Positions 9,963 to 18,360 of a stretch of 64,000 bases of DNA are shown here, piece after piece. The DNA comes from an uncultured Anaerolineaceae bacterium (GTDB lineage Bacteria; Chloroflexota; Anaerolineae; Anaerolineales; DRMV01): NCBI GenBank assembly GCA_964386185.1, contig CAYLRJ010000067.1, positions 949-64,948 on the forward strand, in the 5' to 3' direction. The notes under the pieces are model-generated. The model was given only the letters and a program-made list of their open reading frames with translations. It had not been told where the DNA came from and ran no database searches. Made by a program: the position numbers and the translations under genes. Each line of letters opens with the position of its first letter. The stretch's first letter is position 1.

Positions 9963-9968
9963 CTCACC

Positions 9969-12725
9969 ATGCCGCATCTTTCGTACATCCTTCGGGCTCG
10001 TCGTCGTCGTGAGGCTGCGGCCCGCCGCCGTTGGAGCACGCGCCTGCGCCCTTGGGGGTTGGCCATCCTCATGGCGCTGGGCTTGGTGGTGGCCGGCGCG
10101 AGCGCGGCCGCGGCCGGAGGCTACGTTTACCTCACAGCCGACTTGCCCAGCCCGGCGGTGCTCCCGGCCTGGTTGGATGCCCCCCACGGGCTTTTGCTGA
10201 CCCCCAGCCGCTATTTGGCCGCCCAGGGGGAACCTTTGGCGGCTGTCGCTCCAGCCCCTCAGCCCGTGACCCTGAACGATTTGCCCGCCTACGCACCGCA
10301 GGCAATTTTGGCCGCAGTAGACCCTGATTTCTATGCCCAACCAGGGTATGCGGGGCATTTTTGGCAAACCGACCTGCCCCCCACGGTGGCTGAACGGTTG
10401 GCCACGCGGTTCCTGCTCTTTGCCGAGCCGGCCTCGACGCGACGCCGTTTGCGAGCCCGCATTTTGGCCGCCCAAATGGTTTCGCAATATGGCCACGACA
10501 AGGTCTTGACGTGGTATCTCAACATCGCAGATTTTGGGCATGGCTTCTACGGCCTTGAGGCTGCCAGCCAAGGCTATCTGGGTAAAAGCGCAGCTGATTT
10601 GAGCCTTTCGGAAGCCGCTTTGCTGGCGGCCATTTTGCCCGATCCGGCTCTCAACCCCTGGGACGCGCCCGAAATCGCGGAACAACGGCGGCAGCAACTC
10701 ATCATGACCATGCTGTCGCAAGCCCGCATCACCGCCCCGCAGAGTCAGGATGCCCTTCCTGACACCCCGCACGTGCTTCCCCCGCCTCAACAAGCGTCGC
10801 CTTCCCCGTTGCTGGTCTTGGCCAAGCAACAAGTGGCCGCCGACTGGCCCCTGCCAGAGCGCGGGCTGACGGTGTTTACATCGGTGGATGCGTCGCTCCA
10901 AGCCCAAGCCGATTGCCTGCGCGAGGCTGTTTTGCAGGCCTCGCCCAACGCCGAAAATCAATGCTCGGCGGCGCGTTTCTTGCCCCCGCTGCTGTTGGAA
11001 CACCCCTTGCCCCCCGATGCTGATTTGGAAGCCGTCGTGTTGGACGCGACCAACGGCAGCATTTTGGCCTTGAGCTTGCCGCAGCCTGAGCCGGCTTCTC
11101 ATCCGCCGGGCAGTGTTTTGGCGCCGTGGGTTTACGCGGTGGCGTTTTCGCGTGGGTTTGCCCCCGCAACCCTGACATGGGATGTCCCGGCCAGCCTGCC
11201 CTCGGGCGTCGAGGCGGCCAACGCCGATGGCGAATTCCACGGCCCCATGCGCCTGCGGGTGGCTTTGGCCAATGATTATCTGGTGCCCACGCTGCATCTT
11301 CTGGACCAGCTGGGGCCGCAGACGGTGTGGGCTACGGCGGCGCGCATTGGGCTCCCGGCTTTGCAGGGCCAAGCCGCGTTGGGGTATGGCTTGCTGCTCG
11401 ATCAAGGCCATCTGAACTTGGTTGAGCTGGCGCACGGCTATGAGGCTTTTGCCACGTTGGGGCGCTGGCGGGGGCTTCCCCACGATGAGGTGTTGACGGC
11501 CGACGTTTTGGCGCAGGTGGTTGACGCCGATGGCAATTTGCGGTTTGATTATCGCCCCGCCCAGCAGGGCGTGTTGAGCCCAGGCTTGGCTTATTTGGTC
11601 ACCGACGTGTTGGCCGACCAGGCGGCCAAGTGGCCTTCGTTGGGGCACCCTAACCCCTTGGAAATCGGGCGTCCGCTGGCCGCGCACGTGGGGCAAAATA
11701 GCGAAGGCGGGGTGTGGGTGGTGGGTTATACGCCGCGGCGGGTGATTGCAGTTTACGCGCAAGGCCGCACTGCGGCGCAAAGCCAAGATGCCGCCCTGGC
11801 CTATTGGCATGCTTTGGCGCGCGAGGCTTTGGCTTCTCAGCCTGTGGAAAGCTGGCCACGGCCGCCCGACATCACCGAGGTCACAGTGTGCGATCCTTCG
11901 GGTATGTTGCCCACGGCCGATTGCCCCAATTTGGTTGATGAGGTGTTTCTGCAAGGCACCGAACCCACCACGGCCGACACCCTTTATCGGCGTGTGGCGG
12001 TGGATCGGGAAACAGGCCTGCGGGCGACAGTGTTTACGCCTCCCCAGTTGGTTGAGGAGCAGGTGTTTATGATGGTGCCGCCTGAGGCCCGGGCTTGGGC
12101 GCAGCAAGCCGGCTTGCCTTTGCCGCCAGAGGGGTACGATTTGGTCACCTTGCCCCAGCCTTCGCCCAATGCAGTGTTGGTTTCGCCGCGCCCCTTTGCC
12201 TATGTCGAGGGGGAAGTGCCGCTGCGCGGCACCGCGGCGGGCGAAGGTTTTGCTTCCTATCGGGTGCAGGTGGGGCAGGGGCTGAACCCGCAAGCGTGGG
12301 TGGTGGTGGCCGAGGGCAAGCAGCCTGTGAAGGATGGCCTGCTGGGGCAGTGGCAAACCAAGGGCCTTAGCGGTCTGTATGCGGTGCAATTGCTGGTGAC
12401 TGACCAACAAGGCAAGGTGACCACGTTTACCACCCAAGTCACCGTGGATGATCGCCCGCCGCGAGTGGCTTTTGCGCGCCCCCGCGAGGCCGACGTGAAA
12501 GCGGCTGCGCAGCAAGGCCGTCTGATTGTGCAGGCTGAGGCCGAAGACGATTTGCGCCTTGCCTGGGTGCGCCTGGAGGTGGACGGCCGAGAAATCGCCA
12601 CTTTGCAGGCGCCGCCTTATCTGTTTGCTGTGCCGCTACAGCCCGGCGTCCATCGGCTGCGTTTGGTCGCGGCTGACGCAGCAGGTAACGAGAGCCAGGC
12701 TGTCCAAAAAATCGTTTTGCCATGA
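9969..12725 (+). CDS. Class-A penicillin-binding-protein homologue (GT51-like + transpeptidase-like + C-terminal Ig-like domains) with substituted catalytic motifs
   Basis: 918 aa with an N-terminal TM anchor. GT51 framework present ('DPDFY', 'KVLTWYLN', 'GLEAASQGYLGK..LSLSEAALLAAILPDP'). TPase framework present ('PPGSVLAPWVYA', 'WVVGYTP'). The catalytic E/E, SxxK lysine, SxN and KTG positions all differ (see findings). Confidence 0.85.
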   Translation: MPHLSYILRARRRREAAARRRWSTRLRPWGLAILMALGLVVAGASAAAAGGYVYLTADLPSPAVLPAWLDAPHGLLLTPSRYLAAQGEPLAAVAPAPQPVTLNDLPAYAPQAILAAVDPDFYAQPGYAGHFWQTDLPPTVAERLATRFLLFAEPASTRRRLRARILAAQMVSQYGHDKVLTWYLNIADFGHGFYGLEAASQGYLGKSAADLSLSEAALLAAILPDPALNPWDAPEIAEQRRQQLIMTMLSQARITAPQSQDALPDTPHVLPPPQQASPSPLLVLAKQQVAADWPLPERGLTVFTSVDASLQAQADCLREAVLQASPNAENQCSAARFLPPLLLEHPLPPDADLEAVVLDATNGSILALSLPQPEPASHPPGSVLAPWVYAVAFSRGFAPATLTWDVPASLPSGVEAANADGEFHGPMRLRVALANDYLVPTLHLLDQLGPQTVWATAARIGLPALQGQAALGYGLLLDQGHLNLVELAHGYEAFATLGRWRGLPHDEVLTADVLAQVVDADGNLRFDYRPAQQGVLSPGLAYLVTDVLADQAAKWPSLGHPNPLEIGRPLAAHVGQNSEGGVWVVGYTPRRVIAVYAQGRTAAQSQDAALAYWHALAREALASQPVESWPRPPDITEVTVCDPSGMLPTADCPNLVDEVFLQGTEPTTADTLYRRVAVDRETGLRATVFTPPQLVEEQVFMMVPPEARAWAQQAGLPLPPEGYDLVTLPQPSPNAVLVSPRPFAYVEGEVPLRGTAAGEGFASYRVQVGQGLNPQAWVVVAEGKQPVKDGLLGQWQTKGLSGLYAVQLLVTDQQGKVTTFTTQVTVDDRPPRVAFARPREADVKAAAQQGRLIVQAEAEDDLRLAWVRLEVDGREIATLQAPPYLFAVPLQPGVHRLRLVAADAAGNESQAVQKIVLP

Positions 12726-12905
12726 GCGGCTGCGGGGAAACTATCTCCCCCAGCCCAGACCGCGGAGCTATGTTGCCGTGGGGCAAGCATGAGAGGCGAG
12801 GTCCCGGCCACCGCGTGCCTGCATGGGCGTTGCGCGCAGGAAGGCTTTCGCCGTCTTTCACCCAGTAACTTCTCGCCCGGATGGGAGTTATACTTTAAAA
12901 GTAAA

Positions 12906-12914
12906 TGTTACAAT
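12906..12914 (+). promoter_or_regulatory. Extended -10 element (TGtTACAAT) in AT-rich patch upstream of the SARP-STAND regulator
   Basis: 12880-12930 is locally AT-rich (ttatactttaaaagtaaatgttacaataagacaatac). The TGnTACAAT matches the motif recurring at other gene starts in this window. Confidence 0.35.
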
Positions 12915-12998
12915 AAGACAATACAGAAAGGCGGCCTAACGCGTGCCCCTGAAATTCATTCGCTTCCCTGCATCTTGCCCCATTGCCTGAGAATACCT

Positions 12999-15900
12999 AT
13001 GCCGTTGGAGATTTTGCTTTTAGGTCCGCCCCAATTACTCGAAGATGGCGCGCCGTCTCTCGAAGCGCGTCAGACTTTGCGCCGCCGTGAACGGGCTGCC
13101 CTCTACCTATTGGCGGCGACCACCGCCCCTATTTCTCGCGACCGCCTGTTGAACATGCTGTGGGGGATTGACGCTGACCCCAGCAAGATCACCAGTGCAC
13201 TTTCGACGACGTTGAGCCGTTTGCGCAGCGTGGTGCCCAAGGGCGCGCTTCAGCGCACCAACACCGGCTACGAGTTAGTGGACCACCCCGATTTGTTCAT
13301 TGACTATCGCGCGTTTTGTGCGGTCTGTCAACATGAGCTGCCGCGGGCGCGGCGCATTCCCCCCCAAGAGCCGCTGGGCGGCGCCTTGGCCGCACGCTTG
13401 CAGCAAGCCCTGGCTTTGTGGCGAGGCGAGTTTTTAGAGGGCTTTGTGCCACCGAAGGGGGCTCCCGAATACGACGATTGGATTGTCACCACCTCCAATT
13501 ATCTGGAAACCCACTACCTGGCTTTGCTCAGCCGATTGGCGCAACACGCCTTTGCCTCTCAAGATTACCCCTTGGCGTTTAGCCTGGCCTCTCGAGCGTT
13601 GGAGCGCTACCCCGGCCAGCCCGAGATGCTTTTGTTGGCCCTCCGCGCGCTGCGCTGGCAGGGGCTCACCGAGCGCGCAAGCGAATTTTTGCGGGTCATG
13701 CGGGCGCGCTATCTGGAAACCGCCGGGCAAGATTACGACAGCGAGACCCTCCACCTGGCTCACAACCTCCTCAAGCGGCGCCAGCGCGACCCCAAACAGC
13801 AGGAAACCACCCCCTGGAAAGAACGCCAAGCCCTCAAAGTGCCCTTTGTGGGGCGAAAAGGCCTGTTAAACGACCTGGAACGCCAGGCCCAAAAAGGCGG
13901 GGTCGCACTGATTTTAGGCGACACCGGCCAAGGCAAAACCCGCCTCTTGCAGGAATTCATCCAACGCGTGCGGGATGACCATCGGGTCGTGACCACCGTC
14001 TGTCACCACGGCGAGCGAGCCCTGCCCTTTGCCCCGCTCTTGGGCGCCCTTCGCCGCCAGGTCAACCCCGAAGAATGGTCTCAAGTGCCGGAGCCCTGGT
14101 GGCCTTACCTGTTGCACCTCTTCCCCGAAGCCCAACGCTATTTGCCCTATGTGCCCTTGGAGCATCCCCCCGCGCCGCTCCAAAGCCAGCTGATGGAAGT
14201 GCTTCGGCAGATTCTCCTGGTGATGGCCCGCGAAGCCCCTCTGGTGCTCTGCGTGGATGATGCCCAATGGAGCGATGCCGCCACGGTCGAAGCCCTGCTC
14301 TACTTTTTAGAGCGTGGCCCCTTTGGGCAAGACGGCCATTTCATGCTCATCACCGCGCGGCGTGAGACCTTCCGTGAGAGCCCCTTGGGCGAGCGTCTGT
14401 GGCCCTTGGTGCAAGAGGGCAACATTGCCACCATCACCCTGGAGGGCCTCACCAAAGAAGAGGTCGCTATTTTGGCCGAGAGCGTGTTGGCACGACGGCT
14501 GGACGACGAAGAAGCCGAAAACCTCTGGCGCTCGGCTGTGGCCGGAACGCCGCTTTACGTCTTGGAAATGTTGCGGCACCAAGTGGAAACCGGCAACGCG
14601 GACCGGCCCGTGCGCGAATGGCCAATGGCGCACCGCCTGGTGCCTTTGTTGGAACAACGCCTGGACCAACTCCCCGACGACGAGCGCTTGGTGCTCTCTT
14701 ACGCGGCCTTGCAAGAGAGCAGTTTCCCCTGGCAGGTGCTCAAAGAAGCCACCGGCCTGGACGAAGACCGCTTGGTCGCCGCCCTGGAAGGGCTGGAAGC
14801 GCGCGGCTGGATTCAGCGCAGCGACCATCAATCAGGCCGCATCCTTTACACCTTTGTCCATGACAAACTGCGAGAAGTGGTTGACCGCCACATCAGTCCG
14901 TTGCGACGGCAGAGCATCCACGGCAAATTGGCGCAAGCCTGGGAAACCGTGCTCGACGACGCGGCCCAGAGCCGCGCCGCGGTGATTGCACGGCACTATC
15001 AAGAAGCCGGCGAAGCCCGCCGCGCCTTCCAATGGTGGATTGCCTCAGCCCACCACGCTTTGGAATTGGGCGTCGCCCGTCAAGCCCACGACGCGTTTTA
15101 TCATGCCGAGCGTGTGCTCTTTCAGGAAGATTCCACCGCCGGCTTCGACATCCATGAGATTTGGGCGCTCTACGCGGAGTGGGCCTTGTTGGCGGCCGAC
15201 ACCATGGATTGCGACACGCTGAAACACATCGAACAATCGCTGCTGCGTTTGGCCGAACTGCGGCGCAGCCCGGTGTTGCGGAGCAGCGCCCTGAACGCCC
15301 AGGCCCATCGGCTCCGTTTGCACGACCACCTGGCCGAAGCCCTGGACTGCACCCAAAAAGCCTTGCGCTGGTTGAAATCAGTGCCCAAGAGCGCTTTGCC
15401 CCAGGTGGAAATTTGTACCCATCACGCTACCCTGCTCTATTTGCAGGGGCGGGTGGGCGAATCTATCGAATGTTTGAACAAGGCCCTGGAAATTGCCAAA
15501 GACCTGGATTCTCCCCTCGCACCGCTGTTTTTGGGGAGTGTCTATTACCAGCGGGCAGTGGCTGACACCCTGAGTTTTCGCCCTGACCGGGGGCTGCAAC
15601 AGGCCAACAAAGCCTTGCAGGCCTACCACGCCAGCCGGCGGGTCTTTGGCGTGGCAGACGCCTTGGGCATTCGTTCCCTGGCCTTGTTTATGTTGGGGCG
15701 CTACCAAGAAGCGCTCACCGATTGCCAAGAGGCCCGTGAGCGCGCGGTGCTTTTTGACAAGCGCCGCATGTTGGGGTATCTGAACGCTTATTGCGCCTTC
15801 CCCCTGAGCGCGATGGGGCGCTGGGCCGAGGCCTGGGAAGCCGCCAACGAAGCCCTGACCTTGGGGAAGGAACAATTCCACAACGCGGCCCAAGGCTTGG

Positions 15901-16547
15901 CGTTGCGCATCATGGGCGGCATGTTTTTCATGCTCGAAGATTGGTGCACCGCGCTGGCTTACTATTACGAGAGTTTCCAATACAGCGAGGGGCTTTTCCT
16001 GCGCTCTGACTTGCTCTTCCGGCTGGGGATTACGTTTGCTCGGTTGGGCGACCTGCCCCAGGCCGAGAGTTTCCTCGCTTGCGCCATCAAACAACAAGAG
16101 CAAGCCATCCGCCATGTGTGCCCTTTGGCGCGGCTTTCGCAAGCCGAGGTGCTCATCAATCGCGGCAAAATCAAAGAGGCGTTTGCCATCTTGCACACGG
16201 TGTTGCCAGAGGCTCAGGAACACGGCCGCGAGGAAGTGGTTTGCGGGGTGTATTTCCAAGAGGCGCGGGCCTATTTGGCCCAAGGCCAAACAGTGCAGGC
16301 CCAGCGGGCAGCTCGGCGCTTGGTGCATGCCAGCCGGCGCATTGGCTATGTTTGGCTTGAACTCCAAGGGTTGGAGATGCTCCAGCAGATGCAGCAACTC
16401 ACGTCAGAAGAACATCGGCGTTTGCAGCATCTTTATGGCTACATTGCTCGCCTGACGACTCACCCCCATTTGGGCGCCGCGGCGCGCAAGTTTTTGGCCA
16501 AGCGCGGATTACAGGAAGAAAACCTCCCCCAACCCCAGACGCTCTAA
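12999..16547 (+). CDS. SARP/BTAD-family transcriptional regulator fused to AAA/STAND ATPase and TPR-like repeats (AfsR-like)
   Basis: An OmpR-type wHTH followed by BTAD forms the N-terminus. Walker A 'GDTGQGKT', Walker B 'LVLCVDDAQW', and about 600 aa of helical-repeat C-terminus. Start moved to ATG 12999 (MPLEILLLGPP..), because the track's upstream 70 codons cross the AT-rich promoter region. Confidence 0.85.
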   Translation: MPLEILLLGPPQLLEDGAPSLEARQTLRRRERAALYLLAATTAPISRDRLLNMLWGIDADPSKITSALSTTLSRLRSVVPKGALQRTNTGYELVDHPDLFIDYRAFCAVCQHELPRARRIPPQEPLGGALAARLQQALALWRGEFLEGFVPPKGAPEYDDWIVTTSNYLETHYLALLSRLAQHAFASQDYPLAFSLASRALERYPGQPEMLLLALRALRWQGLTERASEFLRVMRARYLETAGQDYDSETLHLAHNLLKRRQRDPKQQETTPWKERQALKVPFVGRKGLLNDLERQAQKGGVALILGDTGQGKTRLLQEFIQRVRDDHRVVTTVCHHGERALPFAPLLGALRRQVNPEEWSQVPEPWWPYLLHLFPEAQRYLPYVPLEHPPAPLQSQLMEVLRQILLVMAREAPLVLCVDDAQWSDAATVEALLYFLERGPFGQDGHFMLITARRETFRESPLGERLWPLVQEGNIATITLEGLTKEEVAILAESVLARRLDDEEAENLWRSAVAGTPLYVLEMLRHQVETGNADRPVREWPMAHRLVPLLEQRLDQLPDDERLVLSYAALQESSFPWQVLKEATGLDEDRLVAALEGLEARGWIQRSDHQSGRILYTFVHDKLREVVDRHISPLRRQSIHGKLAQAWETVLDDAAQSRAAVIARHYQEAGEARRAFQWWIASAHHALELGVARQAHDAFYHAERVLFQEDSTAGFDIHEIWALYAEWALLAADTMDCDTLKHIEQSLLRLAELRRSPVLRSSALNAQAHRLRLHDHLAEALDCTQKALRWLKSVPKSALPQVEICTHHATLLYLQGRVGESIECLNKALEIAKDLDSPLAPLFLGSVYYQRAVADTLSFRPDRGLQQANKALQAYHASRRVFGVADALGIRSLALFMLGRYQEALTDCQEARERAVLFDKRRMLGYLNAYCAFPLSAMGRWAEAWEAANEALTLGKEQFHNAAQGLALRIMGGMFFMLEDWCTALAYYYESFQYSEGLFLRSDLLFRLGITFARLGDLPQAESFLACAIKQQEQAIRHVCPLARLSQAEVLINRGKIKEAFAILHTVLPEAQEHGREEVVCGVYFQEARAYLAQGQTVQAQRAARRLVHASRRIGYVWLELQGLEMLQQMQQLTSEEHRRLQHLYGYIARLTTHPHLGAAARKFLAKRGLQEENLPQPQTL

Positions 16548-17209
16548 GGCATGCTGTAGAGCATTCCCGAGAAGAAGTCGCAAAACACCGAAGACGAGGG
16601 TGGGCAGAGCTCATCCCATGAGTTGGGTGTTTGGTGGAGAAGCCGTTTGTAAGGGGCGAGGACTTCCTGCAGCCCCACGAAGGGCTCATGCAGGTCGGTT
16701 TCGCTCAGGGGGATGTTGACGGGTACATCCAAATCAACCGGCACTTGGGTTTTCACGGGCACGGTAATGTCTAACACAATGGGGAGCACCGTGCCTTTGG
16801 GCAGGACGATGTCGGCGGGCGCGTCTTTGATGAGCAGGCCGCCGGTATGCAGGTCCACTTTGGTGTTGTGAATCACCACATCGTGAGAAAGGACCACCGA
16901 GGTTTTGGTCTTGACTGGCAGGTCAAACACCACGGGAATTTCATCATGCACTTCGACGTGGGTCGAGATGACGGCTTTGTCCATGAGCACGAAGTTCCTG
17001 TCCAAGCCGTCCACCAAGGGCACCAGAGCCTGTTTGAGGGCAAAGAGTTGTTTGGCCATGATGAGCAGCAAAGCAATCAGCACGATGTTGATGGTCATGG
17101 AAATCAAGCTGCTCACCGTCCAAAAAGCGGGCCCAAATTTTCCCTGCCAGAGGAAGCGGGGCATTTCATCAGGGGGCGTTTTTTTTGCGTTTGAGAAAGA
17201 AGGTTTCAT
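16544..17209 (-). CDS. Hypothetical single-pass membrane protein with beta-rich extracytoplasmic domain
   Basis: ATG 17209 is preceded by GGAGGAAAGG. One TM segment (ISMTINIVLIALLLIMA), then repeated V/D/P-rich beta-like segments. The track N-terminal extension (to 17575) is an R/G/H-rich alternative frame of the neighbouring gene. Confidence 0.7.
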   Translation of the reverse strand: MKPSFSNAKKTPPDEMPRFLWQGKFGPAFWTVSSLISMTINIVLIALLLIMAKQLFALKQALVPLVDGLDRNFVLMDKAVISTHVEVHDEIPVVFDLPVKTKTSVVLSHDVVIHNTKVDLHTGGLLIKDAPADIVLPKGTVLPIVLDITVPVKTQVPVDLDVPVNIPLSETDLHEPFVGLQEVLAPYKRLLHQTPNSWDELCPPSSSVFCDFFSGMLYSMP

Positions 17210-17232
17210 AGCCTTTCCTCCCGAGGTCAAGA

Positions 17233-17679
17233 TTAGGAGGATGGCGCGCGTTTGCGCGGATAAAGCAGCAGTAGCCCCACGCCTATGATGAATTCTCCGA
17301 TGAGCACGCCGTAACTTTGGATAGGCCCAAAATGGGCATTGCGAGGCCAGGTTTGCGAACCCAGCCCTAAGATATCGGCCATGGTAGAGGCTGCGACCAC
17401 GACGTAGCCAGTTGCAATCAGGCGGCCGCCGATTTGGGCCGCGATGGAAAGGGGTTCCCCCCGCCACAACACCCGGAAGGCAAGATAACCCGCTGCGCTG
17501 AGCAAGCCCATGCCCACGGTCATGAAGAGGATTTGCAAGAAGCCCACCTCTGGGGTGGTGGCCAGCCCGAGCCATTCGGGGCGGGCGCCCACCGTGAAGA
17601 TGACGAAGCCGCCCAAAGCCGCCGTAAGGCTGAGGGCCAAGAGGGGGTCAGAAGCGGTAGAGCGGGGCGCATGGGCCAT
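17233..17679 (-). CDS. Hypothetical polytopic membrane protein (about 4 TM)
   Basis: Hydrophobic ORF. ATG 17679 has GGAG 7 nt upstream (the track start 17751 is possible but lacks an SD). Lies 23 nt upstream of the next membrane-protein gene, so probably an operon. Confidence 0.65.
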   Translation of the reverse strand: MAHAPRSTASDPLLALSLTAALGGFVIFTVGARPEWLGLATTPEVGFLQILFMTVGMGLLSAAGYLAFRVLWRGEPLSIAAQIGGRLIATGYVVVAASTMADILGLGSQTWPRNAHFGPIQSYGVLIGEFIIGVGLLLLYPRKRAPSS

Positions 17680-17773
17680 GACGACTCCGGCAGGCAAGAG
17701 GGTTGTTATAATTGAAGCCGTAGGGTTGCGGGCCTTGGGGCGTCGCACCATGACGCCTTGAATCTGCTTGCCC

Positions 17774-17847
17774 GACCTTCATTGTAACCCAAAAATGATG
17801 CCCGCAGCCATCGGTTTGGCCTTTTGACCATCATTGTAACCCAAAAG
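17774..17847. repeat. Two copies of a 22-bp direct repeat (GACCwTCATTGTAACCCAAAAr), 52-bp period, in a divergent promoter region
   Basis: 17774-17795 gaccttcattgtaacccaaaaa. 17826-17847 gaccatcattgtaacccaaaag. 20/22 identical, with a perfect 16-mer core. Confidence 0.85.
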
Positions 17848-17856
17848 GAGCCTAAC

Positions 17857-18072
17857 ATGGGAAAATTTTCAAAGTTCTTGGGTGGGACGCTGAGCGGTTT
17901 GGTCGTCGGCGCAGCGGTCATGTTGTTGTTCGCACCTGATTCGGGAAAAGGGCTGCGTTCCCAAGTGCAGCAGCGTTTGCAGGCCATTCAAGAGGAAGCC
18001 CGCCGGGCAGCCGAAGCCCAGCGGGCTGCCCTGGAAGCCGAATTGGCCCGGTTACGCGGTGAGGAATGGTAG
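17857..18072 (+). CDS. YtxH domain-containing small membrane/stress protein
   Basis: The string 'GKFSKFLGGTLSGLVVGAAVMLLFAPDSGKGLR' is the YtxH signature and is followed by a helical tail. AAGGAG SD lies 7 nt upstream of ATG 17857. Confidence 0.75.
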   Translation: MGKFSKFLGGTLSGLVVGAAVMLLFAPDSGKGLRSQVQQRLQAIQEEARRAAEAQRAALEAELARLRGEEW

Positions 18073-18082
18073 CCCGCGTCGG

Positions 18083-18313
18083 CTAACCACCCCGGTCGGA
18101 AAGTTTGGCGATTTGGTCTTCCAAAAAGACCAGCACCAACGGAATTTGGGCTTTGGCGTCTTCTTCGGAGATGGCTTCGTCGCGCAAATTGTTCACCACT
18201 TGGGCCAAAATGCGCAAAAGCCCTTTGTAGTAGCCCAGCGTATCCAGCGCACCTTGCTTGCGTTGCTCCTTGAGCGCGTTGAGATCCATGAGCCGTTTGG
18301 ATGCTTCAGACAT
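18083..18313 (-). CDS. Hypothetical small helical protein (76 aa)
   Basis: AAGGAGG SD upstream of ATG 18313. Co-oriented with and 47 nt downstream of the metalloprotease gene. No recognisable family. Confidence 0.55.
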   Translation of the reverse strand: MSEASKRLMDLNALKEQRKQGALDTLGYYKGLLRILAQVVNNLRDEAISEEDAKAQIPLVLVFLEDQIAKLSDRGG

Positions 18314-18360
18314 AGGAGCCTCCTTGTTTGCTACATTGTCGGAAAGTCGGAACGAAGGAT

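Noticed and set aside
9606-12515. 969-aa ORF on the minus strand, the longest ORF in the track after the STAND regulator
   Set aside because: It lies entirely antisense to the PBP-like gene. Its translation is dominated by R/G/Q/H/P runs with no motifs, which is typical of stop-free antisense frames in high-GC DNA. The plus-strand frame has clear PBP homology.
12789-12998. N-terminal 70-codon extension of the STAND regulator suggested by the ORF track
   Set aside because: The extension crosses the AT-rich promoter-like patch (12880-12930) and has odd composition. The SARP wHTH domain begins right at the internal ATG 12999 (MPLEILLLGPP).
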